A stretch of 62,995 nt of DNA from Chara braunii (lineage: Eukaryota; Plantae; Charophyceae): assembly GCA_003427395.1 (NCBI GenBank), contig BFEA01000019.1, positions 1,591,726 to 1,654,720 on the forward strand, in the 5' to 3' direction. Below are positions 52,219 to 62,995 of the stretch, piece by piece. Made by a program: the position numbers and the translations under genes. Each line of letters opens with the position of its first letter. Position 1 is the stretch's first letter. The notes below the pieces were generated by a model, which searched no databases, was not told the origin of the DNA, and saw only the letters and a list, made by a program, of their open reading frames with translations.

Positions 52219-52236
52219 CCTCCGGCAACGGTGCCA
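52219..52236 (-). promoter_or_regulatory. Primer-binding site, tRNA-Asp type
   Basis: Minus strand CA-G-TGGCACCGTTGCCGGAGG versus the Athila-type PBS TGGCGCCGTTGCCGGGGA. Confidence 0.85.
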
Positions 52237-52237
52237 C

Positions 52238-55200
52238 TGTCGACCGGTAGAAGGGTTCTGCCGGCCTCCAACACAAACCCTATGACTCACGCCACGTCTG
52301 TCACCCACGGGAGGGTTGGTTGGGGCCCCCGTAACCTGCACAAGTCACTTCAGTACACATCCAAGACAAAGTGCCACGCAGACTGACTCGAAGCCACGTG
52401 ATGCAAGTCTCAAAGAGCAGGCAGGAAAAAGAACAATATCAGGGTCTCCATTTAGTCAAGTACAATGGGGTGCTCTGCACAGCTCCCGATCTCAAGTGAA
52501 GTCCCCCTGTCTATGTGCGTGGGGTCTGTTTGAGTGCCTACGGAACGCGTGGATAACCTCCGCCTAACCCTCCCCCTCACGAGGGCTCGCCGATACCTCG
52601 CACGCCTGTCCCACGGGATGGTGATCGAGCTCTCTGTGTCAGACGTCTCCTCCCTCGCCCATCGAGGCCATAGCTCAAGCTCGGTCGAGACCATGCCTCG
52701 CTGGGAACCCGATCCGATAAAACCACGTTCTCGAGGCCCGTTGGTGGAAGTACCTTTTCAAAGGCCCGGTTCGGGCTCGTGCCTCTTCGGCCCGAACAAA
52801 GCTCGGATAGGCCCGCCTGAGTCACTAGGCGCCGTAGGAATGTCAAAGGGCTCAAAAGTCAAAGTACCCCTTCGATAGCCTGGTTCGGACTCGTGCCTCT
52901 TCGAAGCCGTCAAAGCTCGGATATGCCCGCCTGAGTCACTAGAGCGCCGTAAGAATGTCAAAGGGCTCAAATGTCAAAGTACCCCTTCGAAAGCCCACTT
53001 CATGGTCGTACCTCTTCACAAACATACCCCTTGGAAAGCCCACTTCACGGTCGTACCTCCTCGCGAACGCGCCTCTTAGAAAGCCCGGTTCAAGAATATG
53101 CCTCTCCGGATGTCTCACTTCGGGCGTACATCTTTGGAGGATGCCCTTTCGTAAGTACTCCTTCTCAAGGCCCAGTTTGGGAATTGTCCCTTGGGTGTCC
53201 GCGGGCCTCGAGATGTCCAGCTGATGACCCTAAACCTCCGTGAGCCCTTTAGGAAGTCCGAATCACGAAGTGCCCCTTCGGAAAGCCTGGTTCGGAAAAG
53301 TGCCCCTTGGAAAGGCCCGGTTCGAGACGCGCCCCCTCGAAGTGGTCGGTTTGGGAGGTGCCTCTTCCACGGGAAGTGTGGCCAAAACACCTGTTCGAGT
53401 GCCCTTGAGGAAATGGGTCCCGAGTATCCTCTCGAGAGCCCTTGGAGAGTGGGCCAAAACACCGTTCCGGCGCCTATGGAGAATGTCCTACTCACGGAGT
53501 CAGGCCCCTGTTCAAAAGGGTGCCTCTTCAAAAAGGCCCGGTTCGGGAGTGCCTCGTCAGAAAGCCTGGTTCAGGAAGGTATCCCTACGGCGTGTCTCTT
53601 CACATCGCGCCCTTTCGGATGGTCCGATCCGATAAAGTTCCTCTTCGAAGTCCCTTCTCACGGCGTGCTCCCTCGGATGGCCCAGTTCGGGATGTGACTC
53701 TTCAAACTGCGTCTCTTCCAGACGAGCGAGCTCGAAGTGTGAGAGTGGCATCCGTCCGCGTGCCCGCTTCACGAGTCCGTTCAGCCCAATAACCCGACCG
53801 CCCAAGTGATCAAACAGCGTCCAGAAAGGCCCCTTTCATTCAAAGATCCGCTTGCGCCCAACAGTCCTGTTGAGCTTCGGTGATCAGACAGCGCCCAAAC
53901 GGCCTGTTATGCCCGTAGTTCCGCTTGGTATCCCGATAGCATTCAACAGTGCCTCCCACGATACTGCGTCCGTGCTCATACGGAAGTGCCACCTGTTCGA
54001 TGTGCGAAGTCGCTCGCACGTATCCACGCGGCTGCAGTTACCTCCGCAGTCGCACGCTGTTCATCCAGTCTCACCCCGCGAGCTCGTTGGAATCAATCCC
54101 CGCGGAAGGCTTCAGCTTACTACCTCTCGCCAAGCGGGGCGGGTACGCGCACAAGTCCACGTCTTTGTTCCTCTCGCGGGGCGACGTCCAAGTTCCCCCT
54201 TTTCCAATCAGCCGAGCTGGTGGTCCTCGCTCCCTCGATTCGCCTCGCGGCGTTCCCCGCTTCTCCGATCCGAGGGCGCGCGGGTGACCCCGCAACCAAT
54301 CCGCAGGCGCGCAGGCAACCCCGCTATCGACCAGTAGGTGCGCGGGTGTTCCCGCAATCAGTCGTCGGTACGCGGGTGTTCCCGCTACCAAATCGCCGGC
54401 GCGCAAGCAACCCCGCTATCGACCAATAGGTGCATGGGTGTTCCCGCTATCAGTCGTAGGTACACGGGTGTTCCCGCTATCAATCCGCTGGTGCGCAGGC
54501 GATCCCGCTATCGATCAGTAGGTGCGCGTGCGTTCTCGTTCTCAACCCGTAGACGGTCAGATGATCTCGCCATCAATCCGTAGGCGCGCGGATGTTCCCG
54601 CTCTCAATCTGCAGGTGCGTAGATGATCTCGCCATCAATCCGTAGGTGCGCGGATGTTCCCGTATCTCGTGCGGGTGCGCATGTGGGGGCGGAAGCGTGG
54701 GATGTGTGCGTGCGCGCTATAGCGCTCTCCTCTCCCCCGTGGGCACGCAAGTAGGTGATGTGTGAGCGTGAGCGATAGCGCACGCTCTCCCCCGATGCTC
54801 TTATACGACGTGTAGTACGCGCAATCAAGTGCGAAGCTACTCCTCGCCCCCCCCTTATCTTCCGCGGCGGGCGCCTGATGGTGCGCAACAGCGCGCGATG
54901 GTGCGCGGGGTCTTCCCGCCGTTCAGGTCTTCCCTTCCGCGGTGTACAGCAACGCTCTATGGCGCGCAAAGGAGCGCTGGTGCTCAACTGCGCGCAGGGT
55001 TCTCCCCACCTCCCATATCCTCCGCTCGTGAGCGCGCAATGGTTCACGCTGTTCCTCCACAGTCTCGGTGTTCCCTCCCGCACGCTAGGTCCTCTCCGCG
55101 CGTATGTGCTATCGTGCACTCGGCTTCCCCATCGTCTCTGTCCGTCCAGCGTGGGGGCGCATTTGTGCGAGGTAGAACACTGTCAACACTCTCCGTGCCC

Positions 55201-56628
55201 GGGTGCGCGCGCGTCTGCGCGATCATGCGCTCCTCCACCGCATGCTCGGAGCCCACTGTGTCCGAGGGTGCGCACGTCTGAGCCCCCCTCGAGGGGAGGT
55301 GTGATGCCGCGTTGAAGTCCCGCGCTTCTCTGTCCCTGCTTCACGACTGTCGTGCGAGCTGCAGCTCTTATGTTCCCTCCCTCGTCCGGAGAACATGTCC
55401 TGGTTCGTTCCTCGCTCGTGTTGCAACTCGCTCCTTTCTATCTCCCGCGCACGTTTCAGTTCGTGCGTGCAGGAGATCTCGAGCGTGTCCGGTGTCTCCT
55501 ACGTGTATGTCCCGTCCGTGTCCCACTCCGTGCATCCCCTGTGTGCATCTCTGTCTGTGCGCGCCCGAAGTCTTTGAGTGCGCCTGTGTCCTTCAGTGCT
55601 CTTGTGTCTGTGCGCGCCCACGTCTTTGAGTGCGCCTCTCTCCTTCCGTGCGCCTGTCCCGTGCCTCTCAGTTCCCCTGCGTCGCTCTCTCCGTCCCTGC
55701 CCTGTGCGTCCCGCACGTGCGGATGTGCCGTGCGTATCTCTCGTTCGTGCGTGCCGAAAGTCCCCTGAGCGTGTCCCACACGTGTGGGTGCTCCGTGCGT
55801 GTCTCCTGTTCGTGCAGGGGGGAAGTCTCCCGACTCAAGGCCTTGTTCGGCTTTTAAGCTTTGCAGGGCCCAAGCCTCTCCCTCCGGAGGTCGTCACAAG
55901 CTGCAGCGCCTCCGGTACTCAGCCCGTTTGGGGCCCCGAAAAGTTTTTGTCGAGGGGGCCTTCTTGCGGGGAACCGGGCCTTTTGCAGCGCCCCGGTACC
56001 GGGCCTACTTCCAAACCTGCCCCGGGCCTATTTTGGCCTTGGTGGTCCCCACTCATAAGTGGTACCAGCCCCCTTTGTAAAAGTCACGCGGGCCCTCCCA
56101 AAACTCTAGGCCGGGGGGCCTATCCCCCAGCCCCAGGTCCGCACCGTTCTCCTCCTAGTGTCGAGGCCCCCGCGTAGGCCCGATCCCACCGCTTATTCAC
56201 GCAGGGTGTCCTCGAGAATTTGGTTACTCGAGGCAACTTCGGACACCGTCACCGCTCAAAACGCCCGTAGCCTCACGATAAACGCCCGGTGCCTCCGTTC
56301 CCTCGACCATTTCGCCGGCCTCTAGTATCATCTCAACCTTTCACGGTCGTACCCTCTCGTCCAACCCCTCGGTAGTTGTCCGCTGTGGTAGCCTCTTTGC
56401 GTTCGTCGGTAGCTTACGTCTTAAGTCCTCTTTGCAAAAATACCGCTGTTCAACGCTCATGCCCGTTTGAACCGAATGTCATAGGCCGGCCACTCATTCC
56501 GTCAACCTGTCGTGGCATTTTACCCGTGGTCGGTGAGCCCCTGTCAGGTAGAAACCAACAAACAGAAACCTTGTAGCGCGCCCTTGTAAGAGAAGTAAAG
56601 GGCGGCGTAGGGTTGGAGCCGCCCGACA
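52238..56628 (-). repeat. 5' LTR (4391 bp) with internal tandem arrays (~52730-53700; ~30-bp units at 54280-54670)
   Basis: Termini TGTCG...CGACA; PBS 1 nt from the inner end. The second LTR is absent, so extent is inferred from the termini. Confidence 0.8.
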
Positions 56629-58070
56629 CCGTTAGCCCCTCTCCTGTTTGCTATCCAAATGGAGGTACTCTTAAACAATATCCGGTCAAATGAGTCAATC
56701 AGGGGACTCCCCGCTGGTTCAAATCCGCTTAAGGTCAAGGCATTGGCTGATGACCTTTTTGCAGTGACCGAAAACTCCTTGACTTCCTTGGGGGCACTAA
56801 AACAGTGTCTAGATGAGTACTCAGACTTCTCTGAGGCTGCTGTAAACTGACATAAGTCAATCTTCTTTTTGGGTCCTAACTACCAATTGACAGTACAATG
56901 GGGAATGTGCAGGGTTGGGGTGGATCAATCGGAACGTTTTCTGGGTGTACAAATTGCTCTGCTATCATGCGAAGGAGATCAGGATAACCTGTTGATTCAA
57001 AAAGCAATACACAGACTGGTCACATGGGGCAGGGCTCCCCATCTGTCTCTGTTCGGCAGAGGAGTGGTAATAAATGGCACACTTTTTGCATTATAATTGT
57101 GATTTGTTGGTACAGTTAGGACATTTGGGAATCAGCTGTATAGCTTAATCAAACGTAGGGCCGCAAAATTCCTATGGAAACCATATGCAGGAGATGAGAA
57201 CTCCTTTCTGTCCAAAGTCGCATGGGAAATGCTCTGCCTCCCACGCGACCAAGGGGGAATAGGCATCCTGGATCCCAAGAAACAAAATGACGCCATGCTC
57301 ATTAAGTGGATTCCGAAAGCGGCATTAGAAGGACAACAAGAGTCACATTGGATAGTCCTGGCTGAGCATATTCTGGCAAAGGAATGGAACTTGTCTCGTT
57401 TGTCAGATGTCTGGATTTGCATGATACTACATTCCTTCCAGAGAAGATACATCAAATCACCGTTTTGGAAGGGGATCTTACAGGCCTGGAAAACGTTGTG
57501 TCCAGATGTGTGGGCAGAACCAACTACGAAAGTGGAAGTCCTGAGTCAACCACTGTTCGAAAACCCTCACATCAGACAACCTTCCGGCGATTGGGTGAAG
57601 GCAGATACAACTACCGGCAGTTTTGGAAGAAAGTGGATCTAGAAAGGTATACTCTGGATAGAAGATTTGTGGGACGATATCAGCGGGACATGGCTTCCTG
57701 TTAACGACCTACCCTCCAAACTGGGACGGATAAGGAACTTGACAGAGAAAAGGAAATGGATGATCAAGGCGATCCTGCAGGCTTGGATAGATCTTCTGGT
57801 CTATTCCAAAACTGACCCTCCCGGAACCTGGTATAGTACAGGAGTCTCAGAAGACAATTCTCAGATCAGATTCTGGAAATTGGTTAACATCCAATCAGAC
57901 GGTAAACGAATTTTCCAGAGATGGTTAATACTTAATCACAATCAGCTAACGCAGGATGACAATCAGAGCCAGCCTGCAGTAGGCCCCTCTTTCACCCAGA
58001 GCAGAGTAATGGAATATACCAAGAACAGTGGCTCGAAAAAAAGACTTCCAGTAATCCTCTCTTTCTGCCA
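56629..58070 (+). pseudogene. LINE ORF2 fragment (RT C-half onward), related to LINE A
   Basis: PLAPLLF, ALADD, FLG, KVAWEMLCLPRDQGGIGILDP, LAKEWNLSR, LFENP. Confidence 0.92.
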
Positions 58071-58143
58071 AAAAAAGAAAAACAAAGAAAAAGATGTGGC
58101 TCACTTGCATGCAAGCCCGTTGACAGACCGTAAAGCGCAACCG

Positions 58144-58309
58144 GGGGCCAAGTCCCACTAGCAGCGCTGAGCTACCTTTGACGCAGGAATCTGGACGTGT
58201 TTGTGGAGACGTGCAGTTCGAGAAACTCAACACCATCGCTGCACATCTGCGCAAAAACGTCCAGATTCAGGCGTTGAGGTAGCTCAACGCTGCTAGTGGG
58301 ACTTGGCCC
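58144..58309. mobile_element. Fold-back MITE (GGCCAAGTCCCACTAGC family), complete
   Basis: ~55-bp inverted arms, each containing an AGCGTTGAG/CTCAACGC sub-palindrome; probable TSD CCG. Confidence 0.9.
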
Positions 58310-58359
58310 CCGTGCAGGGAAGGAACGGCTGTCGCTCCCTCGCTGGTGAGACGGGTGAG

Positions 58360-58520
58360 GGGCCTCGCTCCACCGCAACATGCAACATTCTAAATGCACC
58401 TGGACCTGAAAATGGTCAACATGAATTCAAAATGTTGCATCAGTTCAAATGTCACCAGTCTACATTCAGGTCCAGATACATGCAGAATGCTCAACAGAGC
58501 GCGGAGGACCGAGGTCTCAG
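58360..58520. mobile_element. Harbinger-like MITE remnant related to ~16940-17050
   Basis: GGGCCTCGCTCCACC start; shares ATTCAAAATGTTG and TCCAGATACATG with the 17-kb copy. Confidence 0.5.
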
Positions 58521-58925
58521 TTCCAAAGGACTAGCAGATAAAAAAATTTAAAAAAAAAAAACTAGGAGATGTCGTCCGTAGATAAAGAAGATCAACGGCT
58601 CTCAACTCCACCCGCGCCGCATCGTCGGTTTTGTTTTTTGTTTGTTTGTAATTAGAAGAAAATATATATAACTATATTAATCCATTCGTCAAAAAATAAA
58701 AATGAAATAAAAATAAAATAACAACAATAACAATAAAAAAACAAAGAACTACTAAAGGCCGGCTTTAACGGAACTTTTAACCTGCGGCGGGGATTGTGGT
58801 GTCTCGTGTTTGTTCGTGGCCACGGACCGACGGTCGGGATCCGGGTAGGTATATGCTATGCGGTATCGCGAATCGACGATTCCCCTTTTTTTTTATTTTT
58901 TTCTTTCTTTTTCCCAAACCAAACA

Positions 58926-58950
58926 CATTCCAATTTTGACGGATGTCCCG
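58926..58950 (-). pseudogene. Inverted U6 5' fragment
   Basis: Minus strand CGGGACATCCGTCAAAATTGGAATG. Confidence 0.8.
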
Positions 58951-59165
58951 CGGCCAAGTCCCACTAGCAGCGTTGAGCTACCTCAACGCCTAAATGTGGA
59001 CGCTTTTGCGGCACTAGCAGCGTTGAGCTACCTCAACGCCTAAATGTGGACGCTTTTGCGGAGATGTGCAGAAACGGTGTTGAGTTTCCTGAACTGTACG
59101 TCTCCACAAACACGTCCAGATTCAGGCGTTGAGGTAGCTCAACGCTGCTACCGTGGGACTTGGGC
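58951..59165. mobile_element. Fold-back MITE with a 50-bp internal duplication
   Basis: Same family as 58144-58309; flanked by CCG on both sides. Confidence 0.88.
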
Positions 59166-59167
59166 CC

Positions 59168-59268
59168 GGGACACATCCGTTAAAATTGGAGCGATACAGA
59201 GAATGAAGATTAGCATGGCCCCTGCGCACTCAAGGATGCCACGCATAAATCGAGAAATGGTCCAAATT
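59168..59268 (+). pseudogene. U6 snRNA copy with three small insertions
   Basis: GGGAC(AC)ATCCGTTAAAATTGGAGCGATACAGAGAA(TGAA)GATTAGCATGGCCCCTGCGCA(CTCA)AGGATGCCACGCATAAATCGAGAAATGGTCCAAATT. Confidence 0.92.
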
Positions 59269-59379
59269 GAAACACACACACACACACACACACACTCACA
59301 CACATTGCAAACGATTCCCTTTTTTTTTGTTTTTTAATTAAAAAAGAAAAAAAACGATTCCCTTTTCTTCTACCGAGAA

Positions 59380-59725
59380 TGGACTTTCCTTGTGTGCATG
59401 TATCGTATCGAACGCAAGCGTATTCGCACAAGGGCTTTCCTTGTGTGCATGTATCTGACCGAGATTCTACGACCACATGCGTTGAGAGAGAAATTCCTAG
59501 TTTGTGTCTTTCTTGTCTTCTGGACTTTCCTTATGAGGATGTATTTGATCGAGATTCCAGCAAGATGCGTTCGAAGGAATTCCTAATTTGCGCTTTCGTC
59601 GTCTTCTGCGTTCGTATTTTCAACTGAATCGTCGTAGCGCACTGACAAGACTTCTTTTCTTTGAGTGGATGTACCTGACCGACATCCGAGCCACATTCAT
59701 TTGGAAGAATTCCTAGTTTGTGCGT
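59380..59725. repeat. Diverged tandem repeats (CTTTCCTTGTGTGCATGTATC / AATTCCTAGTTTG)
   Basis: Four recognisable units. Confidence 0.7.
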
Positions 59726-60354
59726 ACTGGCTCTTCACCTCCCCTGCCCCAGGCTCCCGTTTTCTTTGTTTTTCTTTGTCTTTCTTGTTTTTTGTTTTGT
59801 TTTGTCTTTTCCTTTTTTCTGGCCGTTCTTTTTTTTTTTCTTTGTTTTGTTTTTCCCAGAAAGATTGCCGTTCAAGAATGCACTCCTCCCCATTACACCC
59901 AGTACACCCGGAATTATTGTGCATGCACCTACAGCGGGAAAGTATCCCGATTCAGAGTTCGAAAAAAAAAAAAAGACAGCGGCCGGTCAGTTCAATGATG
60001 ACTTTTTTTTCTTTTTTTTTTCTTTCCCCTTCAAACTAATGTCAATATTCCATGATGAAAAAAAAATAAAAAAAAAAAAATCCATGATGACATCTCAAGG
60101 CCATCGCCCTTTTTAAAAAAGAAAAAAGAAAAAAATGGCGCCGCCTTCGGATGAAATAAATCCAAATAGATCCAAAAATGGACCATCTCTCTTTCTCCTG
60201 TCTCAGATGAAATAAATCCAAATAGATCCAAAAAAAGCAAAAAAGAAAGAAAGAATGGAACTCTCTGTCTGTCTGTCTGTTGTCCTCCTCTGTGTCTATT
60301 ATTTATTTATTTATTTATTTAGTTATTTATTTGCTGGCGAAGTCTTCCTTTGTT

Positions 60355-60421
<67 letters not shown>

Positions 60422-61091
60422 TACTGCCCCTCCTCCCGCTCCTCTCTCTTTCCAGTCTTTTCTCTCTGTCTCTCTCTTCCATTCTCCCTCCTCCTCCCTC
60501 CTCCTCTCTCTCTCCCTTTTCTCCATCACACATTATGACGGACGGATCAGTCTACCGTTCAGATCCCTTGTCAACTGCGACCCAGTCCCGATCCCGACCG
60601 CAGGGTCACCAATTACGATTCCCTCAAGAGAAGCAAGCAGGCCAACAACGATAGTCAGCTCCCCCTTTCTCCTTTTTCCCACGTTGTGAAGCCCTCTACC
60701 AAAAAAAGAGTACGTGTTCTTTCTTCTACTCTTGGTGGTCGAGAGCTTCAGACCATCTATGGCCGCCCAAACCTTCTCCGTCTCTTGGTGGATGGCCTTC
60801 ATCTCCGATAACCTCCTCCCTCTGCCATCTCTTGTTGGTCTTTTCTCTCTTTAATGATTTGTGTCGAGTCGTGCCTCGATCTCCTGATCGTTGGCCTGCG
60901 GTAGACATCGCCTAATCTCGCGGGCGTTTAAAGAAGACTTGTACCACCTCTCTCCACCCTCCCTCTCTCCATTCTCGCTTCCATCTCCTCCTCCTCCTCC
61001 TCCTCCTCCTTCTCCTCGTCGTCGTCGTTGTCGTTGAGCTGTACTTGGTCGAACACTTGGGCGAAAGTTTGGCCGATGGCTAGACAGGTAT

Positions 61092-61106
61092 AGGTAGGAA
61101 AAAATA

Positions 61107-61183
<77 letters not shown>

Positions 61184-61263
61184 NNNNNNNNNNNNNNNNN
61201 NNNNNNNNNNNNNNNNNNNNNNNNNNNNNNNNNNNNNNNNNNNNNNNNNNNNNNNNNNNNNNN

Positions 61264-61346
<83 letters not shown>
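61092..61346. repeat. (GA)n microsatellite spanning an N-gap; other (CT)n tracts at ~60358, ~62045 and ~62510
   Basis: Read directly from the sequence. Confidence 0.95.
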
Positions 61347-61352
<6 letters not shown>

Positions 61353-61654
61353 TGGTGGAGGCTGCTTCGTGTTCAGTTGTTGAGACTACATGTGGTGTGC
61401 CGATTGAATCTTCAGAGCATATTCACAGAGAGTTCCTTGTGTTTTCCAAATTTAAAACCACCTCAGTAGTAGAGCAGCTACCGACTACATGATGAACTTT
61501 TCCATCTTTTTCAGACAGGTTCATCCAACGCCGTTTCTCTTGACAACCATGTACATTAGCTCCTCGTCTCCAGATAGATGAAGGTTCAAATCCTTTTCAG
61601 CGAAGTTTCATCTATCCATACATAGCTTTTATCTATTGGCAGTTGCTATTGTTT

Positions 61655-61842
61655 TTGCTATAGCATTTGCTTTGTATGGCTATTATATCATTTGCTATGA
61701 TCTATGGCTATACCATTTGCTATGATGCTATGATGCTATGGCTATAGCATATCATATCATGTGCTATGTATGGCTATAGCATAGCATATCATGTGCTATG
61801 TATGGCTATAGCATATCATATCATGTGCTATGTATGGCTATA
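61655..61842. repeat. Tandem TATGGCTATAGCAT..CATGTGCTATG units
   Basis: Read directly; GCTATA/TATAGC motifs continue to ~62365 and may be transposon subterminal repeats. Confidence 0.8.
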
Positions 61843-62037
61843 ATAGTTTCTTATGCAAAGCCGTTTGTTGTCACAGAATTTGCTATTCTCTTTCTTTTGC
61901 TATAATTATAGCCAATAGCACTTTCTATCGATCGGTGTAGCATTCGCTTCCTATGGCTATTGGCCATATAGCATTTGCTATTCATACGTGTAATACCTTT
62001 CCCTGCTTGCCCTCTCCACCTCCCTCCCTCCCTCCCT

Positions 62038-62119
<82 letters not shown>

Positions 62120-62505
62120 GTAAGTCGTCTCGCTTCTCAACTGTGAATCTGATCGAATCTTTTCGAATTGCGTGTTAACCCATCTTATCTTATCCAATCG
62201 AACTTTTTTTTTCTTTTTTCTTTTAATCCAATCGAATCTTATATTTTCCGATCGCATCTTCGTCTCCGTCGATCTATATCGTATTTGCTATACGATATAT
62301 AGCATTTGCTATCCCGTCGAATCTGATTGACCCTCGGCTATATCCTATCAGCTTTTTGTGCTATACGCAGAAGCCCCACCAATTACACGTACTAGGCAAC
62401 TCCTCCTCTCTCTCTTCTCCTCTTCCTCTCTCTCTCTCTCTCTCTGTATCTGTGTCTGTGCCCTTGGTAAGGGACACGTTTGGGTGCGTACTCCTCCTCC
62501 TCCTC

Positions 62506-62554
<49 letters not shown>

Positions 62555-62995
62555 AGAAACAGCTTCGGGCGCGTAGTAGCTGAGGCATTCGTTACATTTC
62601 TGTACAGAAATTTAACGAAATGTACGTCTAAATTTAAGTTGTCGAGTGGGGGGGGGGAGGGGCGGGGGGGAGGATGGAAGTGGCAGCGGGACTGGGTTGA
62701 GTTTTTTTCTTTTTCTTTTTTTTTCTTATTCCGTTTTGGTTCCTGATGTCGAGAAGAGGTACAGGATGGACGATTTGTAGCGAGCGATAGGCCAGACCAG
62801 ACTGAGTGAGGAGAAGGAGAAGGAGCAGAGGAGAGAAGAGAGAACGAGGCGATCTACCGGTGAGCATTGGGTCCTACAGCCGAAAATCAAACCCACGTCC
62901 ACGTCTGCCAGTTGTAGAGCCGAGCCGCAATTGGCATTGGGTCGAGCAGCTGCTGCTAAGGTGAGCATCCTACAGCGCACGTGCCACAGTATGGG

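Larger units (their letters stand above)
44361..56628 (-). mobile_element. 5' part of a large Ty3/gypsy-like LTR retrotransposon; RT, RNase H, integrase and 3' LTR missing
   Basis: Order on the minus strand: LTR, PBS, extra ORF, gag, protease. The outer LTR end abuts LINE RT coding sequence. Confidence 0.85.

Noticed and set aside
52300-56200. Many 60-200 aa ORFs on both strands
   Set aside because: GC-rich repetitive LTR sequence with no protein motifs.
60500-61620. Possible host exons on the minus strand
   Set aside because: Short, stop-interrupted frames with no recognisable domain; cannot be supported without homology or RNA data.

Overview
Eukaryotic, repeat-saturated genomic DNA with no recognisable intact host gene. 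Plant-type U6, a mitochondrial-type tRNA-Gly relic and the TE landscape suggest a streptophyte/charophyte alga; this is inference only. Contents: (i) five L1/Tx1-clade LINE remnants; (ii) the 5' part of a large Ty3/gypsy-like element on the minus strand, with a 4.39-kb LTR, a tRNA-Asp PBS, about 5 kb of decayed extra ORF before gag, and gag-protease; (iii) four non-autonomous DNA elements with 8-bp TSDs (hAT-like) and several GGGC-terminal MITEs with 3-bp TSDs (PIF/Harbinger-like); (iv) many dead RNA copies (five U6 pieces, an LSU rRNA relic, tRNA-derived SINE heads); (v) microsatellites, four N-gaps and two Nextera mate-pair junction adapters, which are assembly artefacts. The most interesting unexplained signals are: a 7-unit repeat/spacer array whose flanking stems co-vary (9.7-10.1 kb); a recurrent hairpin plus H-type pseudoknot at LINE-like 3' ends (8 copies); a fold-back MITE repeatedly abutting U6 copies, including a snap-back U6 palindrome; the long accessory ORF of the LTR element; non-aromatic RT motifs (IADD/LADD); and a hammerhead-like core at the window start.
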